DNA of 42,524 nucleotides, from the UHGV virus genome UHGV-0037043, one strand, 5' to 3'. Position 1 is the first letter of the stretch; every line of letters starts with the position of its first letter. Both the position numbers and the translations under genes were made by a program. This document shows, piece after piece, positions 25,459 through 34,092 of this stretch. This stretch comes from a virus. The notes under the pieces were generated by a model. The model did no database searches and was not told the origin of the DNA. It saw nothing but the letters and a program-made list of their open reading frames with translations.

Positions 25459-26322
25459 TCATTTGTCCTCCATTCTTCTTATTTCACGTTTACGCACGCT
25501 CTCATACGTCTGTAACACTTCATCTTCTGACAATGGTGGATTGCAACCAATCTGGTTTACGTACATACTCCACACACGAACCTCATCATGGTTTAGACCA
25601 GTTGCAAATAACTTACCAATTTGAGTGGTTAGCCAGATATTTCTTCCACCTTCACCACTACCTGCAATTATATCACCCAATAGGTTCGCAGTCCACTTGC
25701 GTTCACGTTTTTTGTTTTTCTTTTGAATTGTTTTATCTGTGAACATCGCTATCCATTTGTCAGGTAGTTCTGCAATTTCTACGTCACGTACTACTTCATA
25801 TGCCACAAATTCACCAGTTGGTTCATCGTATGTGTAAACCTTGATTCCAAGCTTTTCATTAATAACTGTTTCTTTCACATTGATACATTCTTTGGTAGGT
25901 TCTACATAGGTATTATGCAGGTGTCTATATGTTGGTAATTTACTAGGTGGTGCTACTACGTAACGCCCATGAGTCTGAAAGTCAACACCTTCAAGTTGTG
26001 AATGGTTTTGAATAAATTGTGTCTCATTGTATTTCTCATCTAGTTTGAAATAGTAGTGATATCCACCGCTTGGAGTTTTAACTACTTTAGTTTTTGGTAA
26101 CTCAATATCATACATATCTAAGAAGTCTTTTAAGTTACCTAGTCCATCTACTCCATGGTGTGTGTCAATATCTATTACTGCAATACCACTGGCTGAGCCA
26201 GTTAGTGTACCAACGTTACCTCCCTCTTTAATCCATTTTTGAATCAAATCTTCTGATTCACCATCAAACGCACCAGCTACTAGTGGCGCTTTACCATTTT
26301 TCTTTAGTCTTAATTGTTTCAT
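25459..26322 (-). CDS. Bifunctional primase-polymerase (Prim-Pol/AEP N-terminal domain).
   Basis: AEP motifs IAVIDIDTHHG and SGGYHYYF. Confidence 0.7.
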   Translation of the reverse strand: MKQLRLKKNGKAPLVAGAFDGESEDLIQKWIKEGGNVGTLTGSASGIAVIDIDTHHGVDGLGNLKDFLDMYDIELPKTKVVKTPSGGYHYYFKLDEKYNETQFIQNHSQLEGVDFQTHGRYVVAPPSKLPTYRHLHNTYVEPTKECINVKETVINEKLGIKVYTYDEPTGEFVAYEVVRDVEIAELPDKWIAMFTDKTIQKKNKKRERKWTANLLGDIIAGSGEGGRNIWLTTQIGKLFATGLNHDEVRVWSMYVNQIGCNPPLSEDEVLQTYESVRKREIRRMEDK

Positions 26323-26351
26323 TTATTGTTCCTCCTCTTATTTATGTACTA

Positions 26352-26380
26352 AGTATAACACCCCAATTAAGGGGTGTCAA
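26352..26380 (-). promoter_or_regulatory. Early promoter P6: TTGACA-ccccttaattggggtgt-TATACT, identical to P1 and P8.
   Basis: Direct reading. Confidence 0.7.
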
Positions 26381-26387
26381 CTGTTTT

Positions 26388-26522
26388 CTACAACTTATTT
26401 ATATATTTTAGATACGTGTTTACCCACAATCCTACACGTGGCTTTTCTGTGAATTTTCTATATTTAACATCTACCAAGGTACGTGTTGGCTTCTTGAAGT
26501 ACCCTTTATGTCTCTTTTTCAT
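26388..26522 (-). CDS. Small basic protein (44 aa), paralogue of 26536..26688.
   Basis: MKKRHKGYFKKPTRTL...VGLWVNTYL. Part of a ~50-bp direct DNA repeat that includes RBS and start. Confidence 0.35.
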   Translation of the reverse strand: MKKRHKGYFKKPTRTLVDVKYRKFTEKPRVGLWVNTYLKYINKL

Positions 26523-26535
26523 TTGCACCCTCCTC

Positions 26536-26688
26536 TTATTTTATTCTACGTAGATATAACTTAACCCATAGACCTAACCTAAACTTCTTGTCCGTTGAAT
26601 ATTCACGCTTCATTTTAATGTATTCACGTACGCTAGGTTCTAATGTGTTTGTTGGCTTCTTAAAGTATCCTTTATGTCTCTTTTTCAT
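26536..26688 (-). CDS. Small basic protein (50 aa), ATGA-coupled to the helicase stop.
   Basis: MKKRHKGYFKKPTNTL...LGLWVKLYL. Confidence 0.4.
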   Translation of the reverse strand: MKKRHKGYFKKPTNTLEPSVREYIKMKREYSTDKKFRLGLWVKLYLRRIK

Positions 26689-28016
26689 TTTACACTCTCC
26701 TCAATCATCTCATTCGTGAAGTCTTTACCATTTGTAATTGTCTCAAAGATTTTTTTCTCAATTTGTGTATCTGGTACAATATGATAATACAGTGGTGTTT
26801 TATCTTGACCATGTCTATCTGTTCTACCCTTTGCCTGTAAATACTCTGTAGAGCTTAAAGGCATTGAATTAAACACTGTTACATTGCTAATCACAAAATC
26901 GTTAATACCTGTTGAGGCTGACTTGTATTGTGCCAATACTACCCCATTTTCATTGTTTTTGAAGTTGTCTAACTCCTTTAAATTACCATTATAAACACCA
27001 TATGGTCGCTTCAATTTATCTAATACCATACGTAACATTAGATATTCTGCTTTGTAGTTATAGAAAATTACCACACGTTCATTATTATGTGCTTCTAATA
27101 TGGCTTCCAAACGTTCAAATGGTTCTTTAGAGACTGGTTTAAGCACCCCTTCTAGGAAACCATGACTGACTTGTCTGAGCCTGTTGAATAAGTTACTTGA
27201 GTTGTCTAATTTTACTATATTATCATAGTCATCTTTGTAGATTCTATTTTTCTTCAATTTATTATAATAAGCAGGCTTCTTAGTCTTGTAAACATAATCT
27301 TGTGGAAGATACCCTTTGTCACGTTTGTAGTTCACACTTGCTTCATCTATCATTTGTTGAAGTAGCCGTTCATTCTTATACCCAATCACATCCATAAATC
27401 TCATTGCACCCATTTGTCTCATTTGTTTGATAACAAATAGTTGTTCAAACTCTTTCTTAGGCTTTCTAAACACGTTTGCGATATACAGTTGTGAATACCA
27501 ATTCTCAAGCTTACCATTGCTCACAGGTGTTGCTGTGCATAAATACGTGTGCTTTGCTTTCTTACTTAACTGCATGACAAATTTTGTAACTTTTGATTTA
27601 CTTACTCCCACCTTATGTGATTCATCAATGATAATAAACGTTTCTTTGTCTACCCATTTTAGTAGTTCAGTCAAGCGCCAACTACTCTCAAAACTGATTG
27701 CTACATTGTTTGATTCTGCTAATAGTTCTTTATTCTTTTTAGTGCCTTTATTTAGAGGTGTAATTCCTAAACCAAATACTTCTCCATCTTCCACAAAGTC
27801 TAATACTTTGGGAGCTAGACAAATGATTAATAATTTAGAGCACTTTGACTCAATATATGACCCAATAGCCATATATGACTTACCAACCCCTACATCGCTC
27901 AAATTCAATGGCTTTTCCTTAAAGTTTTTGATAGCCTCTTTCTGATAATCAAATAAGTTAATTCCCATATTCCACCTCATATCCATGCGTTGTTTTACTA
28001 TATCCATGCAATGCAC
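26685..28016 (-). CDS. SNF2/DEAD-box superfamily 2 DNA helicase.
   Basis: Walker A-like DVGVGKS, DExH IIDESH, motif VI QAKGRTDRHGQ. Confidence 0.75.
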   Translation of the reverse strand: MHCMDIVKQRMDMRWNMGINLFDYQKEAIKNFKEKPLNLSDVGVGKSYMAIGSYIESKCSKLLIICLAPKVLDFVEDGEVFGLGITPLNKGTKKNKELLAESNNVAISFESSWRLTELLKWVDKETFIIIDESHKVGVSKSKVTKFVMQLSKKAKHTYLCTATPVSNGKLENWYSQLYIANVFRKPKKEFEQLFVIKQMRQMGAMRFMDVIGYKNERLLQQMIDEASVNYKRDKGYLPQDYVYKTKKPAYYNKLKKNRIYKDDYDNIVKLDNSSNLFNRLRQVSHGFLEGVLKPVSKEPFERLEAILEAHNNERVVIFYNYKAEYLMLRMVLDKLKRPYGVYNGNLKELDNFKNNENGVVLAQYKSASTGINDFVISNVTVFNSMPLSSTEYLQAKGRTDRHGQDKTPLYYHIVPDTQIEKKIFETITNGKDFTNEMIEESVK

Positions 28017-28443
28017 TATTCACGTTTCTAACATCTGTTTTTAAAAATCTAGCAGCCTCCGCCTGTGATTCAAAATATAAATCAGTATAATCTTTACTAA
28101 TCAAATATACTGGCACCTCACCACTAGTCTGATTAATTCTTTGTTCTTTATATGTTGCCCATCTTAAATTTTCAACCCTATTATCTAGTCTATCACGATT
28201 AATATGGTCTACTGTTGGTTTGTTTTCTGGGTTTGGTATGAACGCTTGTGCTACTAGACGATGAACTTTACATTTAGTAACTTTTGATTGTTTACTTAGT
28301 GATACATAATAATACTTATCTGTTCCAACGTATGGTGTAAGTAGTCTGTTATTTCTCATGACGTTTCCAGTACTACTTACCTGATAAAGTCCTTCATATC
28401 CTCCAACATCTTTCCAAATTTCTTTCATTATGCTACCTCCCAT
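27958..28443 (-). CDS. HNH_3/AP2-type homing endonuclease overlapping the helicase start.
   Basis: [20 protein letters not shown]...[13 protein letters not shown]...VDHINRDRLDNRVENLRW motifs. Confidence 0.7.
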   Translation of the reverse strand: MGGSIMKEIWKDVGGYEGLYQVSSTGNVMRNNRLLTPYVGTDKYYYVSLSKQSKVTKCKVHRLVAQAFIPNPENKPTVDHINRDRLDNRVENLRWATYKEQRINQTSGEVPVYLISKDYTDLYFESQAEAARFLKTDVRNVNSALHGYSKTTHGYEVEYGN

Positions 28444-28537
28444 TTATACCAAACCTGGAACATGTTTTCAACAACTTTGTCTGCAGCGTATACTTCTACA
28501 AACTGATAATCCAAGATTTTTGCTTTCATAATCCAAC

Positions 28538-28704
28538 TCATACTTCAACAACCTCCTTAATCTGTTCTAATTCTAAAATATTGTGTGCGTAGTTCACTGC
28601 ATCAAACAAACATGTTGCAGGTATTTTTATTTGACATTCCACTGTCTCATAATACTGTCCATTAGGTTTTTTCTTTTCATACGTAATCCCATACTCTTTA
28701 ATCA
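28538..28704 (-). CDS. Small protein (55 aa) coupled to the VRR-NUC stop. Start chosen at the internal ATG overlapping TAT-GAT-TAA.
   Basis: The longer track ORF 28538..28813 overlaps VRR-NUC by 115 nt in another frame. Confidence 0.3.
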
Positions 28705-29063
28705 TAATAAATTTCTCCAATCTCAATTTCTGGCAACTCTGGTTGTTTATATTGTCTTTCAACTCCATTTTCAATACAATATAATAAAACCATGAGTTCA
28801 TGAATATTGTCACGCAGAATCAATCCAAACCCACCTGCTTCACGTACTTTTTGTAAGTAACTGATTTGTAATGGGTCTGGTTGGTAGTTACCTACCTTCA
28901 ATTCTAAAGCAATGAAGAATCCTTTGTAGCAAACCAGTAAATCTGATACACCAACCTTAGAAAACATACTACCTGTTTGGTTATTAACGATTGCTCCTTT
29001 ACTCTCTAAATACTGTGTTACTTCTCTTGAAAATTGCGATTCTTTCATCATTCTCCCTCCCAA
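28698..29063 (-). CDS. VRR-NUC domain nuclease (PD-(D/E)xK).
   Basis: GVSDLLVCYKGFFIALELK core and ~120 aa size; common partner of phage SNF2 helicases. Confidence 0.6.
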   Translation of the reverse strand: MGGRMMKESQFSREVTQYLESKGAIVNNQTGSMFSKVGVSDLLVCYKGFFIALELKVGNYQPDPLQISYLQKVREAGGFGLILRDNIHELMVLLYCIENGVERQYKQPELPEIEIGEIYYD

Positions 29064-29263
29064 TTCATAATATTAGTTGTGATAGCATCTTCTAAATAGC
29101 GCTTTACACGTTGTGCCTCTTCCAGAGTTAGTTGCACAATAGAACAGTCGTTATCATTGTCTATTAATCTAAGATAAATATTATTATCATTGTCATACGT
29201 TGTAACACGAACTTGCTCATCATTTTCCGTTACTAGGTCGTTTCTGTAATTACTTTTCTCCAT
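29048..29263 (-). CDS. Hypothetical acidic protein.
   Basis: 71 aa. Confidence 0.4.
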   Translation of the reverse strand: MEKSNYRNDLVTENDEQVRVTTYDNDNNIYLRLIDNDNDCSIVQLTLEEAQRVKRYLEDAITTNIMNWEGE

Positions 29264-29386
29264 CTTAAAATCCTCCTTCTTCTAACCAGTTTAGGAACTT
29301 AGCTGCTCCAATTAGTGTTGCTCCAATAAATAATAGTGCTACTACTGCGAATGTCATTTTGTTTCCTCCTCTTAACTTATGAACTA

Positions 29387-29415
29387 AGTATAACATGTTC
29401 AGAGACCAGTGTCAA
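29387..29415 (-). promoter_or_regulatory. Early promoter P7: TTGACA-ctggtctctgaacatgt-TATACT. The spacer carries a GGTCTCTGAAC motif.
   Basis: Direct reading. Confidence 0.65.
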
Positions 29416-29582
29416 CTAATTTGTTACGATTAAACTAATCTTTTTTATTGTTGTTAGTGTAGTTGTAACTCCTGTTTACTTAGCGCACTTCCTCAACAAA
29501 TGCACCACATGTTGCTACTGCTGCTGCAAATGTTATGAACAGTTTTTCCATTTATTTTTCCTCCTCGTTATCTTATGTACTA

Positions 29583-29611
29583 AGTATAACACCCCAATTA
29601 AGGGGTGTCAA
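29583..29611 (-). promoter_or_regulatory. Early promoter P8: TTGACA-ccccttaattggggtgt-TATACT.
   Basis: Direct reading. It lies only ~170 bp upstream of P7, with a 23-aa hydrophobic mini-ORF between. Confidence 0.65.
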
Positions 29612-29975
29612 CTAGTTTTATAGTTTTTACCTTCCGTTGTTTATATTTTAATTTAATAAACGCATCTAACTTACGTTGAGCCTCAGTCGCATTTTTAATT
29701 AAATCACAGTAGATGAGTAACTCTTCATTTGTCAGTTCGTTTAGGTCAATTTCAGGAACTTTTTGTTCCTCTTCAGGAACTTTTTGTTCCTCCTTGAGTT
29801 TGAACTGCGTATTATTGCGATTCACATTTGTTTGTGTGTACCATTCACCATCATCATCAAATATACATAAACCATAATCATCACATCGTTTAACTTTATA
29901 CTCTTCACCTACAGTCCACCATGGTTCGTTTGACTCTGTACAAATATAAGTTTGTCCTGCTTTAAATGTTAACAT
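29598..29975 (-). CDS. ICT-PWWT family small protein with an internal 21-bp tandem duplication (EEQKVPE x2).
   Basis: MLTFKAGQTYICTESNEPWWTVGEEYKV. DNA repeat ttcaggaactttttgttcctc x2 at ~29758-29800. Confidence 0.55.
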   Translation of the reverse strand: MLTFKAGQTYICTESNEPWWTVGEEYKVKRCDDYGLCIFDDDGEWYTQTNVNRNNTQFKLKEEQKVPEEEQKVPEIDLNELTNEELLIYCDLIKNATEAQRKLDAFIKLKYKQRKVKTIKLVDTP

Positions 29976-30206
29976 TTATTTTACCTCCTCAATTACCCAA
30001 CTATTTAAGTTATCATATAAGAATGATGCGTCACGCATACCAACATATCCATAGACCCATAAGTAGTCTATAAGGTCTTCTTTAGAATAGCCTCTAAGGT
30101 TAGAATCAACATCATGCACAATATGTACACATTCTGTATTTACATAAAGTTCAATTTTATATTTTTTTTTTTTTTCATTTAGGTTCCTCCTATTGTAATG
30201 TGATTT

Positions 30207-30428
30207 TTAATTCCATTCATTTCTGGTTTCAACTAACATTGCAATTAGTGACGCATTTAATGATATCACGAGCGCTAATATTACAATTATTAGTGGCAAT
30301 GTTGTTAGTAATGAGTATTGTAGTATGTCAATAATTATTACAACAGCACCTACATCAAAACATACTAGAAAGAATATTAAACATGTAGCAAGTGTCTTTA
30401 ATATTTTATCTTCTTTGTTCACTTCCAT
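30207..30428 (-). CDS. Small membrane protein (2 TM).
   Basis: 73 aa, hydrophobic. Confidence 0.4.
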   Translation of the reverse strand: MEVNKEDKILKTLATCLIFFLVCFDVGAVVIIIDILQYSLLTTLPLIIVILALVISLNASLIAMLVETRNEWN

Positions 30429-30452
30429 TCCTCCTCTTATCTCTATGAATTA

Positions 30453-30481
30453 ATAATACCATGATAAAAAAAGAAAGTCAA
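30453..30481 (-). promoter_or_regulatory. Early promoter P9: TTGACT-17-TATTAT, with a second TTGACA 13 bp upstream.
   Basis: Minus strand TTGACAttatctgTTGACTttctttttttatcatggTATTATtaattcatagagataagaggagg. Confidence 0.5.
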
Positions 30482-30510
30482 CAGATAATGTCAACTTTCT
30501 TTCAAAAATA

Positions 30511-30894
30511 TTAAACTTTTTCTGATGTTGTGATTGAGACAATGTTGTTCACATTTAGCATCACTTGATATTTGTATGTTCCCATACCAATTAAGTCTTT
30601 TTCGTGTTCAATATACATGAATTGTTCTCCTGCACTTAAAGTATAGGAAAACTCGTTAATTAAATCGTCCTCAGTTTCTACTACGAATGGTTCTGTTGAA
30701 TTGGTTGTGTAAATTAAATATTTTTTCATTTCAGCCGCAAACTGAGGAACAACTACCTCCTGCTGTTCGTCTACTTGTTCAATCAATTGGATAGCTTTAC
30801 TAATTTTCACATATCTATCTTTTTCACCAGTATAAAATTCAGTACACCATGCACCATGTTCTTTTAACTTTTCTTTAATTTCCTCTTTATTCAT
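30511..30894 (-). CDS. Hypothetical protein.
   Basis: 127 aa. Confidence 0.45.
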   Translation of the reverse strand: MNKEEIKEKLKEHGAWCTEFYTGEKDRYVKISKAIQLIEQVDEQQEVVVPQFAAEMKKYLIYTTNSTEPFVVETEDDLINEFSYTLSAGEQFMYIEHEKDLIGMGTYKYQVMLNVNNIVSITTSEKV

Positions 30895-30895
30895 C

Positions 30896-31264
30896 TTATT
30901 CTTCCTCCTTTACCACTGGCACAGCAATCTTCCATAAGTTCTCGTCTGATGATTTTATTTCTTTTTCTGTTAAAAAGTAACGATACCCAAATACATCATC
31001 TACAGTTGTCAAAGTTGTACTGATTTCCTCGTTACCATCTCCCTCATCAACGACTAGATAGTACTTGCGGTCAAGATTAATTGTAACTGTGTACAACTGT
31101 TCTTTCCCATATTCTAACTCACTATTAATCGTCAATAAATTAGAAGCTAACTCTTGCATTTCATGAGACATGTTGTCATATCCATATCGTATAACCCATG
31201 CGTTAACACAATCTAGTAAATCAAGTACATTTCTTTTATTTAATGTTAATTTTTTTGTTTTCAT
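30896..31264 (-). CDS. Hypothetical protein.
   Basis: 122 aa. Confidence 0.45.
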   Translation of the reverse strand: MKTKKLTLNKRNVLDLLDCVNAWVIRYGYDNMSHEMQELASNLLTINSELEYGKEQLYTVTINLDRKYYLVVDEGDGNEEISTTLTTVDDVFGYRYFLTEKEIKSSDENLWKIAVPVVKEEE

Positions 31265-31265
31265 C

Positions 31266-31454
31266 TCATTCTTCCTCCTTTAATTTGAATTCAGCTGTTA
31301 GCTCATAGTCATATCCATACCATGCAAAATTTTCATCATCTACAATGCAAGGACGTTTTCCAGTTCTAAGTTGAGCCTTATATTCTTTACCTTCTGTCCA
31401 CCATGGTTCGTTTGACTCTGTACAAATATACGTGGCTCCTAATTCAATTTTCAT
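31266..31454 (-). CDS. ICT-PWWT family small protein. Start set at ATG 31454 after a GGAGGAAG RBS.
   Basis: MKIELGATYICTESNEPWWTEGKEYKA. Confidence 0.5.
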   Translation of the reverse strand: MKIELGATYICTESNEPWWTEGKEYKAQLRTGKRPCIVDDENFAWYGYDYELTAEFKLKEEE

Positions 31455-31455
31455 A

Positions 31456-33048
31456 TTATTCTTCCTCCACGTCATTGAAAATATTTACATATTCTGTTCC
31501 TGCTAATGCGTTCATTAAATATGGTTTGATTGCCTCATTGTCTCCATTACGTGCAATTTTTAGACCAGTTAGCACTCGTGCTTTGCTTGTTCGTTTTTCT
31601 TCAAAACCTTGTTTCAACAGTAATTCTTTCATTGTACGCCAGTTCATTGACTTGTTGATATTATTCTCTTTAGTGTACACATTAAAGATATTCTTCAATA
31701 ATGTGACGTTCACAGTGCCTTCTGCATCTTCCACAATCACAGGTACTTCACTCAAGAACTCTTTAGAAGGGTCATTTGACTCAACATAAGCTTTTTTGAA
31801 TGTGACCATTTCTGGTGTTTCTGTGAATGGATTTTCACCATTTGTACCAGCATCTAAAATCTTTTTGAATTGTTGAATACAGAACCATGCAAACTTACCT
31901 AGTTGTTCTTTAGACTCACGTTCTTCACGTTGTTTGTTGAACTCGTTAATACGTTCACGTGCTTCTGGTGTGTCTAGGTTTGTGTTGAAGTTCAAAATCA
32001 AAATACGTCTATACCACCCATTTGTGCGGTCGTTAAATGCAGGTAGTTCGTTCATTGAAAACATTAATTTTGCATAGTTGGTAAAACTAAAGGCATCTTT
32101 ACCTTTTTTCTCAGCGTGAATGGCATCTAATCCACCTGAAAGTTTTTTCAGTGTTTCAGTACCTTTTACAAAGTTTGCACTTGAGTCTGCCTCAAAGTTC
32201 AGCAACTTATGGTGTAATGAAGCTTTGTCAAAACGATTGTTTTTATCTGCCAAGCTGTCTAGACCAACAGCACTACTGTTTTCAAAACCAATTAATTTAC
32301 TCATAATGAAGCCACCCACGTAAGACTTACCATTTGACCCATTACCTAGTAAATAAAGTATTGATTGATATTTGTACTCTCTATAATACATGTAACCAAT
32401 GTACTCATATAGTGTTTGTGCTTGGTCTTTTAGTAGATAGTCAATCCATTGTTTAGCTAGTAATTCGTCTGTCTCATCTGTTTTAATCAATGGATATGGT
32501 AATTGCAATGTGTGATAGTCTTCTAACTTTGTCTCACGAATTTCATTTGTTCTAAAGTCATACGTCCCATTCTCAAACGCAATAATGTTTGGATTAGGAT
32601 TATCACCCAATGGAGCATTTTCTCCACGTGTCATAGAACGGTTAGCCAACTCAGGTGCTAATTTCTTCATCTCTCTACGAATTTCATTCCCAAACTCTGG
32701 ATTTCTGAATTGTGGTGTGAATTTTGGTGATAAGACGTTCTCAAAGTACCAATCTGAATACTTGTAACTACCTAGATTTACCTCAGACCAGATGCGTGTG
32801 TCTGCATTGTATACGTATGGTGCATTTAGGTTAGGGTGAGCGTACACATAAGCTAGTTGATTAAACTTTTCAATAAATAATTCCTGTTGAATTTCAAATT
32901 TAGCTTGTGTACCGTCTTTACCACCATAATACATTCTTCCTAAGTCTGAATTGAAGTCCACAAACTCCTCACTTGGAAAGTGTTTATTTGATACTGGTAG
33001 TAATTCCTCAACTGGTGCTGAATAGTCAATTTTTGTTAGTTCATTCAT
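31456..33048 (-). CDS. D5/P4-type primase-helicase (D5_N plus P-loop NTPase).
   Basis: Walker A GNGSNGKS, downstream Walker B-like hydrophobic-Asp region, and the C-terminal EEKRTSKARVLTGLK tail typical of this family. Confidence 0.65.
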   Translation of the reverse strand: MNELTKIDYSAPVEELLPVSNKHFPSEEFVDFNSDLGRMYYGGKDGTQAKFEIQQELFIEKFNQLAYVYAHPNLNAPYVYNADTRIWSEVNLGSYKYSDWYFENVLSPKFTPQFRNPEFGNEIRREMKKLAPELANRSMTRGENAPLGDNPNPNIIAFENGTYDFRTNEIRETKLEDYHTLQLPYPLIKTDETDELLAKQWIDYLLKDQAQTLYEYIGYMYYREYKYQSILYLLGNGSNGKSYVGGFIMSKLIGFENSSAVGLDSLADKNNRFDKASLHHKLLNFEADSSANFVKGTETLKKLSGGLDAIHAEKKGKDAFSFTNYAKLMFSMNELPAFNDRTNGWYRRILILNFNTNLDTPEARERINEFNKQREERESKEQLGKFAWFCIQQFKKILDAGTNGENPFTETPEMVTFKKAYVESNDPSKEFLSEVPVIVEDAEGTVNVTLLKNIFNVYTKENNINKSMNWRTMKELLLKQGFEEKRTSKARVLTGLKIARNGDNEAIKPYLMNALAGTEYVNIFNDVEEE

Positions 33049-33121
33049 TATTTTTTATTCCTCCCTCATCTGATATGTAGATAGTATAGCACAAATGAAA
33101 AGTTTGTGCTATACTTTTTGA

Positions 33122-33322
33122 CTAAAAATATTGTTTAATTGATTCTACTGAGTCTTTCACGCTTAATTGGGTGCCGTCTGATAGTATAACAATAGTGTAT
33201 TCCCAAGCCTTGTTGTAATAGAATGTTGCAATGTGATTAATGTTTACATACAGTTCTGTTTCGTCAACTCTTGTTAACGTAACTAATTCATTTAAGTTCA
33301 TTCTATTCATAATACACCTCAA
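33122..33322 (-). CDS. Hypothetical small protein (true start probably the MNRMN... ATG at 33310).
   Basis: 66 aa; overlaps the upstream small ORF's stop. Confidence 0.35.
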   Translation of the reverse strand: MRCIMNRMNLNELVTLTRVDETELYVNINHIATFYYNKAWEYTIVILSDGTQLSVKDSVESIKQYF

Positions 33323-33482
33323 ATTCTAACACTTGGTCTTTTTGAATATATGTTTTAATTTCATTAGTATCATCATCTAAAATTAAATAGCCTTCTTCAA
33401 AGTAATATTTATCAATATAATTATATTCAGTTACCTCTATACCTTCTCCACCATTATAATTTGTTACTACTACTTTAAGCAT
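33303..33482 (-). CDS. Small acidic protein (59 aa).
   Basis: ATG 33482 after GGAGGAATAAAAA. Product MLKVVVTNYNGGEGIEVTEYNYIDKYYFEEGYLILDDDTNEIKTYIQKDQVLEFEVYYE. Confidence 0.35.
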   Translation of the reverse strand: MLKVVVTNYNGGEGIEVTEYNYIDKYYFEEGYLILDDDTNEIKTYIQKDQVLEFEVYYE

Positions 33483-33526
33483 TTTTTATTCCTCCATTCT
33501 TATTTGTGTGATTGATTCTACTGTCT

Positions 33527-33709
33527 TTAAAATAATGTAGTCCATCCTAAAGCGAATACTGTACCAAACATAACTACACTAATAAATATTAGTATTACAG
33601 CATCTTCACCAATCATATTTTTTAGCAGTGCTATACCCATAAATAATATAATCATAACTACAAATATTAATATAGTTAGTAGTAAGCATTTTATAATTTT
33701 GACTATCAC
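33527..33709 (-). CDS. Small membrane protein (2 TM).
   Basis: 60 aa, hydrophobic. Confidence 0.4.
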   Translation of the reverse strand: MIVKIIKCLLLTILIFVVMIILFMGIALLKNMIGEDAVILIFISVVMFGTVFALGWTTLF

Positions 33710-33737
33710 TTTTATTCCTCCTTTTATCTATGAGTTA

Positions 33738-33766
33738 AGTATAGCATGTTCAGAGACCGTCGTCAA
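33738..33766 (-). promoter_or_regulatory. Early promoter P10: TTGACG-acggtctctgaacatgc-TATACT. The spacer carries GGTCTCTGAAC.
   Basis: Direct reading. Confidence 0.6.
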
Positions 33767-33769
33767 GGT

Positions 33770-34090
33770 TTATTTTGCGAAGTAACCCATTAGGTATGCT
33801 AAGCGTTGAGAATCGTTATCAAATTTCTGATGTACTTTAGCGATTTGTTTGTTAACCTCTTCTTTGGTGTACATGATTTCAACATCATGTTTGATTGGTT
33901 CTGACTCTTTTAATGTGAAATAAGTTGCTAAACCACGTAGTAACCACTCATTCCAGTAAGTACCATTATTATCTTGTAGTGCTAATTTCCCACTTGAATC
34001 AACAACTACTGGATACTCTCTTCCTACACTCCACCATAAATAATCAGCTTTTGTACAAATATAAGTTTGTCCTTCTTTTAGTTTTAACAT
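33770..34090 (-). CDS. ICT-PWWT family small protein.
   Basis: MLKLKEGQTYICTKADYLWWSVGREYPV. Confidence 0.5.
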   Translation of the reverse strand: MLKLKEGQTYICTKADYLWWSVGREYPVVVDSSGKLALQDNNGTYWNEWLLRGLATYFTLKESEPIKHDVEIMYTKEEVNKQIAKVHQKFDNDSQRLAYLMGYFAK

Positions 34091-34092
34091 TT

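Noticed and set aside
27427-27945. 172-aa plus-strand ORF inside the SNF2 helicase gene.
   Set aside because: Antisense to a motif-supported helicase; no RBS; low-complexity product.
28538-28813. 91-aa ORF overlapping the VRR-NUC gene by 115 nt.
   Set aside because: Only the part downstream of the VRR-NUC stop (from the overlapping ATG at 28704) is plausible. The long form was rejected.
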